DNA from: a virus
Strand: one strand, 5' to 3'
Length of the DNA stretch: 43,801 bases
Virus record (IMG/VR): IMGVR_UViG_3300045988_028735
Location: 1-43,801 of that record
The notes below the pieces were generated by a model that saw only the letters and a program-made list of their open reading frames with translations, was not told the DNA's origin and did not search any database. This document shows, one piece after another, positions 1-8,258 of the stretch. The position numbers and the translations under genes are program-made. Position 1 is the stretch's first letter, and each line of letters starts with the position of its first letter.

Positions 1-1
1 C

Positions 2-1258
2 GTCAAAGGGGACACCGGCGCAGTTGGCCCGCAGGGGCCGCAGGGCGAACAGGGCATTCAGGGGCCCAAGGGAGACACGGGCAGCGGATTCCGGGTTCTC
101 GGCTACTACGCGAGCAAGGCGGCGCTTGACGCGGCCAAGAAAGCGACGGCGGTCGCCGGTGACGCTTACGGCGTCGGCACGGGCAAGCCTTACGACATTT
201 ATATCTTCGACGGCGTGACGAATGCGTTTGTCGACAACGGCCCCTTGCAGGGTGCGAAGGGCGATAAAGGCGATACTGGCGCACAGGGACCCGCCGGTCC
301 TGCCGGGGCAGACGGCGCTCCCGGCAAGGATGGTGCGACCGGCCCTCAGGGGCCGCAAGGCGAGAAGGGCGATACAGGTCTGCAGGGCCCGAAAGGGGAA
401 GACGGAGCGCCCGGTAAGGACGGCGGCACGGGTCCGCAGGGACCACAGGGTGAGCCGGGCGCGGATGGCAAGACGCCGGTGAAGGGGACGGATTACTTCA
501 CGCCAGCCGATGTCGAAGAGATCGCGCAGGAAGCGGCGGGAAAAGTGGACGTTTCCGCGCAGATCAAGGCGCACAACGAGAGCACGACGGCGCATCCCGA
601 CATCCGCGCCAAAATCCCCACAAAGACCTCCCAACTCACCAACGACAGCGGCTATCTGACGCAGCATCAGGACATTTCCGGCAAGCTGGACAAGACGGGC
701 AACGGCAGCAACGTCACGGCGGCATTCACGGCGGCGACTACCCGCGCCAACATCGCGACGGGCGAAAAGCTCTCCGTGCTGTTTGGCAAAATCGCCAAGT
801 GGTTTGCAGACCTCGGCACGCTGGCCTTTAAGAGCACGGTCGCCAAGAGCGACCTCGCATCCGACGTGCAGACGTCCCTCGGCAAGGCAGACAGCGCCCT
901 GCAGAGCTACACGGAGAGCGACCCGACCGTGCCTGAGTGGGCCAAAGCCGCGAGAAAGCCGAGCTACACCAAGAGCGAGGTCGGCCTCGGCAATGTGGAC
1001 AACGTCAAGCAGTACAGCGCGAGCAACCCGCCGCCGTACCCCGTGACGAGCGTCAACGGCAAGACGGGCGCTGTGACTGTGCCGACCGTGAGCGTGCCGA
1101 GTACCACCGCCATCCTCAAGGGAAACGGCTCGGGCGGCATCGTGGCGGCGACGCGGGGCAGCGACTACATCGCAAGCGGCAACATCGTCAAGCAGACGCT
1201 TGTGAACGTTGAGACCACGCCGACCGAAAACTACGCCATCAACTGGCTGTACGGCTAA
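2..1258 (+). CDS. collagen-like tail fibre protein, C-terminal part (same gene as 42901..43801, joined across the circular junction)
   Basis: The frame of track ORF 215..1258 is open back to nt 2. G-X-Y tracts lie at 2-88 and 251-475, and the stop is at 1256-1258. It joins the 42901 ORF in frame once the 26-nt end overlap is removed. Confidence 0.8.
   Translation, partial: VKGDTGAVGPQGPQGEQGIQGPKGDTGSGFRVLGYYASKAALDAAKKATAVAGDAYGVGTGKPYDIYIFDGVTNAFVDNGPLQGAKGDKGDTGAQGPAGPAGADGAPGKDGATGPQGPQGEKGDTGLQGPKGEDGAPGKDGGTGPQGPQGEPGADGKTPVKGTDYFTPADVEEIAQEAAGKVDVSAQIKAHNESTTAHPDIRAKIPTKTSQLTNDSGYLTQHQDISGKLDKTGNGSNVTAAFTAATTRANIATGEKLSVLFGKIAKWFADLGTLAFKSTVAKSDLASDVQTSLGKADSALQSYTESDPTVPEWAKAARKPSYTKSEVGLGNVDNVKQYSASNPPPYPVTSVNGKTGAVTVPTVSVPSTTAILKGNGSGGIVAATRGSDYIASGNIVKQTLVNVETTPTENYAINWLYG
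251..475 (+). repeat. second collagen-like G-X-Y tract (25 triplets) inside the fibre gene
   Basis: The translation reads GAK GDK GDT GAQ GPA ... GAD GKT. Confidence 0.9.
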
Positions 1259-1268
1259 GGAGGGGGAC

Positions 1269-2684
1269 ATGGCATTACCAAGCGGATACACAAAGCTTGA
1301 GTATATCGAGAGCACGGGAACGCAGTGGATTGATACAAAAGTTAATCCCAGCGGAACGCGAATCATAATCGATGCTTATATCTTGGAGAGCAACACAGGC
1401 GGCGATCATCATATCGCGTCGGCATCTTGGGCTGAAAATGGTAAGCCTGAATTCTTCAATGTTATGCGTCTACGAGCAGATAGAACGGGATTTGCTGCTA
1501 GATATGCCAATGGGAATCTCAGGAACGTTGAACATCAAGGAAACGTATACGGCCGACATATTTTTGACAGAAAATTTGTAACTGCCCCTTATACTGTGCA
1601 AGTTGATGAAGCAACAGCGTTGACATTAACACCATCGATTGTCGGGTCTATAAACTGTCACCTCCCCCTGTTTGCGTTCAGGAGAAATAATGGCTCATGC
1701 AGTGGATTTATCTCTATGAGGCTATACTCCTGTAAGATCTGGAAGGCTATAGTATATGAAGGCACACCTCTTGTCCGAGACTTTATCCCGTGCAAAAATG
1801 CTTCCGGGGAAGTTGGGCTGTGGGATGACGTCAATAGCGTTTTCTATGGAAATGCCGGTACCGGGACATTTATTGCGGGAGAGTTGCCAGCGCTCACCGC
1901 GCACAAGACGCTCATCAACGGCATGGCCTACACCGTCAAGGGCGGCAAGTGCATGGTGGGCGGCACGGTGTATAACATCCTCAAGGGCAGGACGCTGATT
2001 GACGGCACGGGGTGGGATATTACATTTGCGCCGTCCTACGACCCCGTGTTTGCCAACAACACATGGGAGCAAATCATCGCGGCGTGCCACAGCAACGCGG
2101 TGCCGGATACGTGGAAGGTAGCAGACCAGAAGCCCATGACCATCAACGGCGTGGACTACCAGATCGACATCATCGGCAAGAACCACGACACCTACGCATC
2201 CGGCGGCAAGGCCCCACTGACCTTCCAGCTGCATGACTGCTACGGCGAGCTGAAGAACATGAACAGCTCCAACACCAACAACGGAGGCTGGGCGAGCTGC
2301 GCCATGCGGCAGACGCATTTGCCCGCTATTCTGGCGCTGATGCCAACGGAGGTACAGAACGGCATCCGGGAGGTGCACAAGCTGACCTCGGCGGGCAGCC
2401 GGAACGCCACCATCAACACCACGGCGGACAAGCTGTTTTCGCTGAGCGAGATCGAGATTTTCGGCAGCACCAGCAATTCCTATAGCGGCGAGGGCGTGCA
2501 GTATGACTACTACAAGGTGGGAAACAGCCGGGTGAAGAACTGCAACGGCAGCGCGAACATATGGTGGGGGCGCTCTCCGGACAAAGACTACGACAATCGT
2601 TTCTGCGGTGTCAGTAAGGACGGATATCTCAACAACCCCATCGCGAGCCTTGAGTTTGGCGTGGCTTTTGGATTCTGTTTTTAA
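1269..2684 (+). CDS. distal tail fibre / receptor-binding-like protein
   Basis: SD AAGGAGGGGG at 1257-1266 precedes ATG 1269; the track start 1209 is a TTG extension. The N-terminus MALPSGYTKLEYIESTGTQWIDT is a motif I recognise from phage fibre proteins. The first ~500 nt are visibly AT-richer than the rest of the gene. Confidence 0.65.
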   Translation: MALPSGYTKLEYIESTGTQWIDTKVNPSGTRIIIDAYILESNTGGDHHIASASWAENGKPEFFNVMRLRADRTGFAARYANGNLRNVEHQGNVYGRHIFDRKFVTAPYTVQVDEATALTLTPSIVGSINCHLPLFAFRRNNGSCSGFISMRLYSCKIWKAIVYEGTPLVRDFIPCKNASGEVGLWDDVNSVFYGNAGTGTFIAGELPALTAHKTLINGMAYTVKGGKCMVGGTVYNILKGRTLIDGTGWDITFAPSYDPVFANNTWEQIIAACHSNAVPDTWKVADQKPMTINGVDYQIDIIGKNHDTYASGGKAPLTFQLHDCYGELKNMNSSNTNNGGWASCAMRQTHLPAILALMPTEVQNGIREVHKLTSAGSRNATINTTADKLFSLSEIEIFGSTSNSYSGEGVQYDYYKVGNSRVKNCNGSANIWWGRSPDKDYDNRFCGVSKDGYLNNPIASLEFGVAFGFCF

Positions 2685-2702
2685 TTATAAAGGAGTGATA
2701 CT

Positions 2703-3509
2703 ATGGCAACATACATCAAAGTCAACAACACCGAGTACTCCGCTACCATCACGGGCATCCTGAAAGACCGCGGATGGAATGAGCGCGAGGTCAAGAACAT
2801 CCGTCTGACGATGACCGCCACGGATGCGGCGGCACTGCTGCCCGACAACACGCCGTGGAGCATCGTCCAGCGTGACACCGTTCCCAAATACGACGCGGAG
2901 GGCCAGCCCACGGGTGAGACCGAGGAGGTCGTCAACGAGTGGGACAACAGCGCGTACAGCCTGAGCGGGGCCATCACCGACCACCGCGACGGCACGGTGA
3001 GTATCAAGATGGGCAAGCCCACGGAAACCGAGAGCGCCAAAGCGACCGTCACCGCCCTTGCGGGTGAGCCGGTCACATACGCCCGTGCGGTGGAGCTGCG
3101 CCCCATTATCGAGCAGGCAGCGGTCAGCCTGAGCGACGGCGAGGCGGCCAGCGTGCCGGAACTCATCACAGCATGGGCGTACCCCGTTGATTACGCTGAG
3201 GGCGACCGCAGAAGCTACGGCGGCAAGGTATATAAGGTGCGCTCCGGTCAGGGTCATACCTCGCAGGTCGACTGGACGCCGGACAAGACGCCGAATCTCT
3301 GGGCGGTCATCGACGCCGAGCACGCGGGCACGCAGGCAGACCCCATCCCCGCAGCGCGCGGCATGGAATACGAGTACGGCAAGTACTACCTCGACGGCGA
3401 GGACGGAAAGGTGTACCTCTGCGAGCGCACGGGCGAGCAGGCAGGCGGCAAGATCACGCTGCAATATCTGCCGCATGAGCTGGTCGGAAATTATTTCAAG
3501 GCGGTGTAA
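2703..3509 (+). CDS. virion-associated protein with CBM5/12-like carbohydrate-binding motif
   Basis: SD AAAGGAG lies before the ATG. The stretch AWAYPVDYAEGDRRSYGGKVYKVRSGQGHTSQVDWTPDKTPNLWAVI fits the W..Y..GD.V.Y.G..Y......H.S...W.P.....LW pattern. Confidence 0.6.
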   Translation: MATYIKVNNTEYSATITGILKDRGWNEREVKNIRLTMTATDAAALLPDNTPWSIVQRDTVPKYDAEGQPTGETEEVVNEWDNSAYSLSGAITDHRDGTVSIKMGKPTETESAKATVTALAGEPVTYARAVELRPIIEQAAVSLSDGEAASVPELITAWAYPVDYAEGDRRSYGGKVYKVRSGQGHTSQVDWTPDKTPNLWAVIDAEHAGTQADPIPAARGMEYEYGKYYLDGEDGKVYLCERTGEQAGGKITLQYLPHELVGNYFKAV

Positions 3510-3512
3510 TAA

Positions 3513-3878
3513 ATGAAGCTACTGAAAGCGATCCGGGACGCGGACGCGCTGCGCCCGAATAAGCTGAGCACACCGCGCAAGGCGGAAATGCTCATGGAGC
3601 TGGAAACGCGCTTTGCCGAGATGATGGGGGCGGAAGCCCCCGCCCTCAAGGTAAACGCCGAGGACGACACGGCGAGCATCGAGGACTTCGAACTGCTGAT
3701 GCCGGATGGACACTGCGAATGCTACTGCCTTTATCTGGCGGCAGCACTGGACGCCTACAATCAGGACAGCGCACTCTACGCAAATGACTACGCCATTGCC
3801 AACCGTGCGGTAGAAAACGCGATGGCGTGGTGGCGCAGAAACAACCGGAAAGAAAGCCGGGGCAACTGGAAGGTGTGA
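3513..3878 (+). CDS. hypothetical protein (virion module)
   Basis: 121-aa ORF tightly packed between structural genes. I recognise no motif. Confidence 0.55.
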   Translation: MKLLKAIRDADALRPNKLSTPRKAEMLMELETRFAEMMGAEAPALKVNAEDDTASIEDFELLMPDGHCECYCLYLAAALDAYNQDSALYANDYAIANRAVENAMAWWRRNNRKESRGNWKV

Positions 3879-3883
3879 TTTGA

Positions 3884-4732
3884 ATGCCGACGACATTTCA
3901 GCTGGTAGAAACGACCTTCCCGAACGGGGAAGGGAAGACCACGCAGGAGCAGATCAACGGCGTATACGACTACCTTTTCGTGCTGCTGGAACAGCTGCGC
4001 TACACGCTGTTCAATCTGGATGAAAGCAACCTGAATCAAAACGCGCTGAGCGAGTTTATCAAGAACATCAGCGAGCCCATCTACGCCAAGATTGAGGACA
4101 CGGACAAAAACGTGAACGAGCTGTCTATCACAGCGAAGGGGCTGGCGGCACGCATCAGCGATGCCGAGGGAGGCATCACGGAGATCAGCGCGACGGTGGA
4201 CGGGCTGCAAACGAGCGTTTCCGGCAAGATCGACGGGCAGCAGGCACAGTCGCTCATCAACCAAAGCCTTGGCAGCATCACACTTTCCGCAGTGAGCGGC
4301 AGCAGCGGAACGGTCTTCCAGATCAGCAAGGACGGCGCGGTGCTGGCTTCGACCGGCAACGTGGATATCCACGTCAAGTCGGTCAACATCGACGGCACCC
4401 TGACGGCTGGGGCCGTGCGCGGCGACACCGTTGCCATTATGGACGGATACGGCAACACGGTCGGCGGCATTATCCCGGTCGACACGTCCGGCGGCTTTTC
4501 CGGCATGGGAATCACGTCGCTCAACGGCGGGATTAAAATGGTCGCTCCGGTCGGCAACAACATTTATCTTGCGTCGGGGGCGGGAAACGGGCCGTTTGCG
4601 CTGCTCAGCGCTTCGGCAGGCACGGTGCAGCTCGGCGGTGGCCAACTTGTCCTAAGCGAGGGCAATATGTACGGTACGTCTCCCCCGACAAACGCCCCGT
4701 ATGGCGCGGTGTTTTTCCGTACCCCGTGGTAA
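3884..4732 (+). CDS. hypothetical tail-associated protein with coiled-coil segment
   Basis: SD GGAAGGTG precedes ATG 3884. A helical N-terminal half is followed by a Gly/Ser/Val-rich beta-like C-terminal half. Confidence 0.6.
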   Translation: MPTTFQLVETTFPNGEGKTTQEQINGVYDYLFVLLEQLRYTLFNLDESNLNQNALSEFIKNISEPIYAKIEDTDKNVNELSITAKGLAARISDAEGGITEISATVDGLQTSVSGKIDGQQAQSLINQSLGSITLSAVSGSSGTVFQISKDGAVLASTGNVDIHVKSVNIDGTLTAGAVRGDTVAIMDGYGNTVGGIIPVDTSGGFSGMGITSLNGGIKMVAPVGNNIYLASGAGNGPFALLSASAGTVQLGGGQLVLSEGNMYGTSPPTNAPYGAVFFRTPW

Positions 4733-4743
4733 GGCGGTGACAC

Positions 4744-5250
4744 ATGGCATCTTTCAGCGTAACGGTCACGCCGGACGCAAGCGACGGCACGACCGCTTAT
4801 GTCAGCGGCCGCTTTACGGGTGGCCAAAGCAGCTACAGCTACAGCAAACTCATGTACATCACGGTCGACGGGGTTGGCACATTCCAAGCATGGTCAAAGG
4901 AAACAAGCGGCGGAGAGAACACCTTCTCCCTCACGCTGACGGGCTTGACAGCCGGGACGACTTACTCATGGCACGCATCGCTATACGTCCGCGTAACTGG
5001 TGGATGGGACGCAAGCGGCTATACAGACAGCGGCACATTTACCACTGCGAGCGGTAGCGGTGGCGGCGGTACCACTACAAGCGGTGTGGTGCTCATCAAC
5101 CGGTCATCGACCGGCGTTGCAAGCTGGGTCGAGGCGGTGCCGCTCATCAACCGCTCGACAAGCGGCGCGGCAAACTGGGTCGAAGCGTCTGCGCTCATCA
5201 ACCGCGCGGCTGGCTCGGCAAGCTGGGTAGAAACAATCGGAACATCATAG
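4744..5250 (+). CDS. hypothetical virion protein with three 17-aa C-terminal repeats
   Basis: 168-aa ORF with LINRSSTGVASWVEAVP / LINRSTSGAANWVEASA / LINRAAGSASWVETIG. Confidence 0.6.
   Translation: MASFSVTVTPDASDGTTAYVSGRFTGGQSSYSYSKLMYITVDGVGTFQAWSKETSGGENTFSLTLTGLTAGTTYSWHASLYVRVTGGWDASGYTDSGTFTTASGSGGGGTTTSGVVLINRSSTGVASWVEAVPLINRSTSGAANWVEASALINRAAGSASWVETIGTS
5092..5238 (+). repeat. 3 x 51-bp in-frame tandem repeat
   Basis: CTCATCAAC recurs at 5092, 5143 and 5194. Confidence 0.8.
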
Positions 5251-5261
5251 AGGTGAAGAGA

Positions 5262-5447
5262 ATGGAACAGAAAATCAAGCAGGAAGCGGCTATGGCGATG
5301 GGCCTTATCAGCCGCCTGAACGTCAGCGGAGACGCTGTGGACGTGGTAGCGGCGGTGCGGCAGGCGCTGCGCAACATTGCGATGATCTGCGACGGCACGG
5401 AAGCACCGGAGAAGAAAGAAAGCGAGGGGCCGGATGAGACTGCCTGA
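5262..5447 (+). CDS. hypothetical small protein
   Basis: SD AGAGGTG at 5249-5255 precedes ATG 5262; the track start 5253 is a GTG. The gene overlaps the next one by 14 nt. Confidence 0.45.
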   Translation: MEQKIKQEAAMAMGLISRLNVSGDAVDVVAAVRQALRNIAMICDGTEAPEKKESEGPDETA

Positions 5448-7020
5448 GATCACGGCATATACGAACCGGCGTGTGCAGCAGGAGAAATTCGGCGGCATCA
5501 ACCACATATTCGGCGCGGCGGGCGGCGAGCTCTACGACATGAAAAACCTGTCGGCGCGATACTTCCCACTTCTTGCTCCCCGTGCGCGGCGCTATACCGT
5601 CCGCAAGGGTATGGGCAAGGCAAACGGCATTTTCAGTGCGGGCAAGCTCTACGAGGTATACGGAACGAAGCTTTACATCAACGGCGGAGAGAAGACGACG
5701 GTCACAGACAGCGAAAAGACTTTCTGCGCACTGGGCGAGCGCGTGCTTATCTTTCCCGACAAGATCGTGTGCGAAAAGGACGGCACGATCAAACCGATGG
5801 AGGCGAGCTATAGCGCGAGCGGGCTTGCATTCGGCGACGGCACATATGCCGACGAAAAGGCAGCGGCCAACAGCATCACGACGACCGGTGCGGCGTTCCC
5901 CTTTAACGTGGGCGACGCGGTGACGATCGAAGGATGCACGAAGGAGCCCTACAACAATCGCACACCTGTTATCCGGGAGATCAGCGACGACAAAAAGACG
6001 CTGCGCTTCTACGAGAATACGTTCCGGCTGCCGGACGGACAGACGAGCATCACGGAGACCGGCACGGTGACGCTCAAGCGGACAGTGCCCGATATGGACT
6101 ATGTTTGCACGAACGAAAACCGCGTGTGGGGCTGCAAGGGCGACAGCATCTTTGCAAGCAAGCTGGGGGACCCGTACAACTGGAACGTCTTTGAGAATCT
6201 GGCAACAAGCTCGTTCAGCGTGGAGAGCGGCACGGCGGGGGAGTTCACCGCCTGCGTCAGCTATCTCGGGTATCCGTGCTTTTTCAAAGAGGACAAGATC
6301 TTCAAGATGTACGGCACGATCCCGACAAACTTTCAGCTCATGTCGAGTGCGGTACTTGGCGTGCAGAAGGGCAGCGCGAAAAGCCTTGCCGTGGCGGGAG
6401 AAACGCTCTATTACCTGTCGAAGGTGGGTGTCATGTCCTACAGCGGCGGTATGCCGCGCTGCATTTCGCGGGTGTTGGGCGAGGACACGCGCTTTTCTGA
6501 GGCCGTGGGCGGCAGCGACGGCCTTAACTACTACGTAAGCATGAAAGTGAGCGGGGAAAGCGCATTGTACTGCTACAGCAGCGAAAACGGCACGTGGCAC
6601 AAGGAAGATGCGCTCGCCGTGGTGCAAATGGCATATCACGGCGGTATCATGGCCTTAATAGAGGGCGGCTGTGTGCTGATAGGGAATCCGGCGGATATCC
6701 CGGAGGGCGCGCAGCGCGAGGGAAGCGTCAGCAGCGAGGCGGAATTCGCCGACTATGACGGCGGGTCTTTTGACGCAAAGCACGTGCAGCGCGTGCGGGC
6801 GCGCATCGAGGCCGAGGCGGGCGCGGCGCTTACCTTCCTTGTAAAGTTTGACAACGGGGCATGGGAAGAGGTAGACCGCTGCGGGGCGCAGGAGAAGGGC
6901 GTTTTTACCCTTGACTGCCCCATCCGGCGCTGCGACCACTTCAAGCTCAAGATCAAAGCCACGGGAGAATACCGGCTCTACGCGCTCGAATACGAGTATG
7001 TGACGGGCGGGAGAAAGTGA
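5434..7020 (+). CDS. hypothetical large virion protein
   Basis: 528-aa ORF in the structural block. I recognise no motif. Confidence 0.65.
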   Translation: MRLPEITAYTNRRVQQEKFGGINHIFGAAGGELYDMKNLSARYFPLLAPRARRYTVRKGMGKANGIFSAGKLYEVYGTKLYINGGEKTTVTDSEKTFCALGERVLIFPDKIVCEKDGTIKPMEASYSASGLAFGDGTYADEKAAANSITTTGAAFPFNVGDAVTIEGCTKEPYNNRTPVIREISDDKKTLRFYENTFRLPDGQTSITETGTVTLKRTVPDMDYVCTNENRVWGCKGDSIFASKLGDPYNWNVFENLATSSFSVESGTAGEFTACVSYLGYPCFFKEDKIFKMYGTIPTNFQLMSSAVLGVQKGSAKSLAVAGETLYYLSKVGVMSYSGGMPRCISRVLGEDTRFSEAVGGSDGLNYYVSMKVSGESALYCYSSENGTWHKEDALAVVQMAYHGGIMALIEGGCVLIGNPADIPEGAQREGSVSSEAEFADYDGGSFDAKHVQRVRARIEAEAGAALTFLVKFDNGAWEEVDRCGAQEKGVFTLDCPIRRCDHFKLKIKATGEYRLYALEYEYVTGGRK

Positions 7021-7028
7021 GGGGACAC

Positions 7029-8258
7029 ATGGCAGGCAATTTCAAACACAAAAATACCGACTTGACGCTGGTCACGGACCAAAACGACCTTGACCTCATC
7101 AGGCAGTATACCGAAAGCTATAACAAGGCGTATGCCGAGGGAGACAAGGCGGGGCAGCAGGCGGCGCACGACGCGGCGGAGAGGATCCGCGAAAAGTATG
7201 ACTACAGCGGCGGCACCAGCGGCAGCGATTATATTAAACTCGGCACGGGCGCGAGACCTGCAAAGGCTGACACGAGCTGGCTCGATAAGCTGGGCGACAG
7301 CAACTACAACTACGATCAGAGCGGGAAGATCAGCGCAAAGCTCGACGCGCTGCTGAACCGCACGCCGTTTTCCTACGACGCGGCGAGCGACCCGCTCTAT
7401 CAGCAGTACCGTAAGCAGTATACGCGCGAGGCAGACCGCAGCGCCGAGGATGTGCTGGGCAAGGCGGCGGTGATGACGGGCGGTATGCCGTCTACGGCGG
7501 CGGTGACGGCGAGCCAACAGGCGAGCGACTACCAGATGAGCCAGATGACGGATAAGATCCCCGAGTTACAGCAGCTTGCCTACAGCATGTATCAGGATAA
7601 ATTGAGCGGAGACCGCGCCGATTTGAATACGCTCATCGGGCTTGAGGACAACAACTACAACCGTTGGCTCAGCAACCGCGACTATCTCTATCAGCTTGCA
7701 CGCGATCAGGTGGGCGACCAGCAGACGGCGGATGCGCTGGCGTATCAGAAGCAGCAGGACAAGCTGAACTACGACTACCAGAAGGAGCGCGACGCCATCG
7801 AGGATGCGCGATATGACGCGGAATGGCAGTATAAATTGCAGCAGGCCGCGCAGCAGGCCGCGAGAAGAAATACCCGCGTCAGCACCACGCCTACGGGCGG
7901 CGGCGAGGCGGATTATGATGGCTTGTTCGCAGCGGCGCAGGCAAGCGGCTATCCCAAGAGCTTTATCTCCAACAACTATAAGAAGTACGGCTTTTCCTCT
8001 TCAAGCAGTTTGTATGACGATTATGAGAGCTGGCTCGAGGGGCAGGGCGGCGGCAGCGGAAGCGGCAGCAGCGGCAAGACACTGCCGCAGGGTCAGTTTA
8101 TTGCTCTACTGAGCGGATTCAACACGTCGCTGAAAAACGGTGAAGGCGAGCGTATCCTTTCGACGCTCGACAAGGCATGGCCGCTGATGACGAGTGATCA
8201 GAAGGCAGAAATGCAGAAGCTGCTGACGCAGTACGGCTATTCCTACGAGGAGGGCTAA
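7029..8258 (+). CDS. hypothetical Gln/Tyr/Asp-rich virion protein
   Basis: ATG 7029 follows GAGGGG; an alternative GTG at 7017 overlaps the upstream stop. The stop abuts the start of the giant ORF. Confidence 0.6.
   Translation: MAGNFKHKNTDLTLVTDQNDLDLIRQYTESYNKAYAEGDKAGQQAAHDAAERIREKYDYSGGTSGSDYIKLGTGARPAKADTSWLDKLGDSNYNYDQSGKISAKLDALLNRTPFSYDAASDPLYQQYRKQYTREADRSAEDVLGKAAVMTGGMPSTAAVTASQQASDYQMSQMTDKIPELQQLAYSMYQDKLSGDRADLNTLIGLEDNNYNRWLSNRDYLYQLARDQVGDQQTADALAYQKQQDKLNYDYQKERDAIEDARYDAEWQYKLQQAAQQAARRNTRVSTTPTGGGEADYDGLFAAAQASGYPKSFISNNYKKYGFSSSSSLYDDYESWLEGQGGGSGSGSSGKTLPQGQFIALLSGFNTSLKNGEGERILSTLDKAWPLMTSDQKAEMQKLLTQYGYSYEEG

Noticed and set aside
4721-4745. Fourth full copy of the late motif (CCGTGGTAAGG...)
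   Set aside because: Only the CCGTGGT part matches; it is the codons Pro-Trp-stop of gene 3884-4732. The N14 spacing and the CGTGATAC half are absent.
5323-6639. 438-aa minus-strand ORF (similar ORFs at 8706-9797, 26124-27140 and 36854-37957)
   Set aside because: All lie antisense to well-supported plus-strand genes (virion protein, giant ORF, RecT, TerL). They have Arg/Ala/His-rich composition and no ribosome-binding sites.
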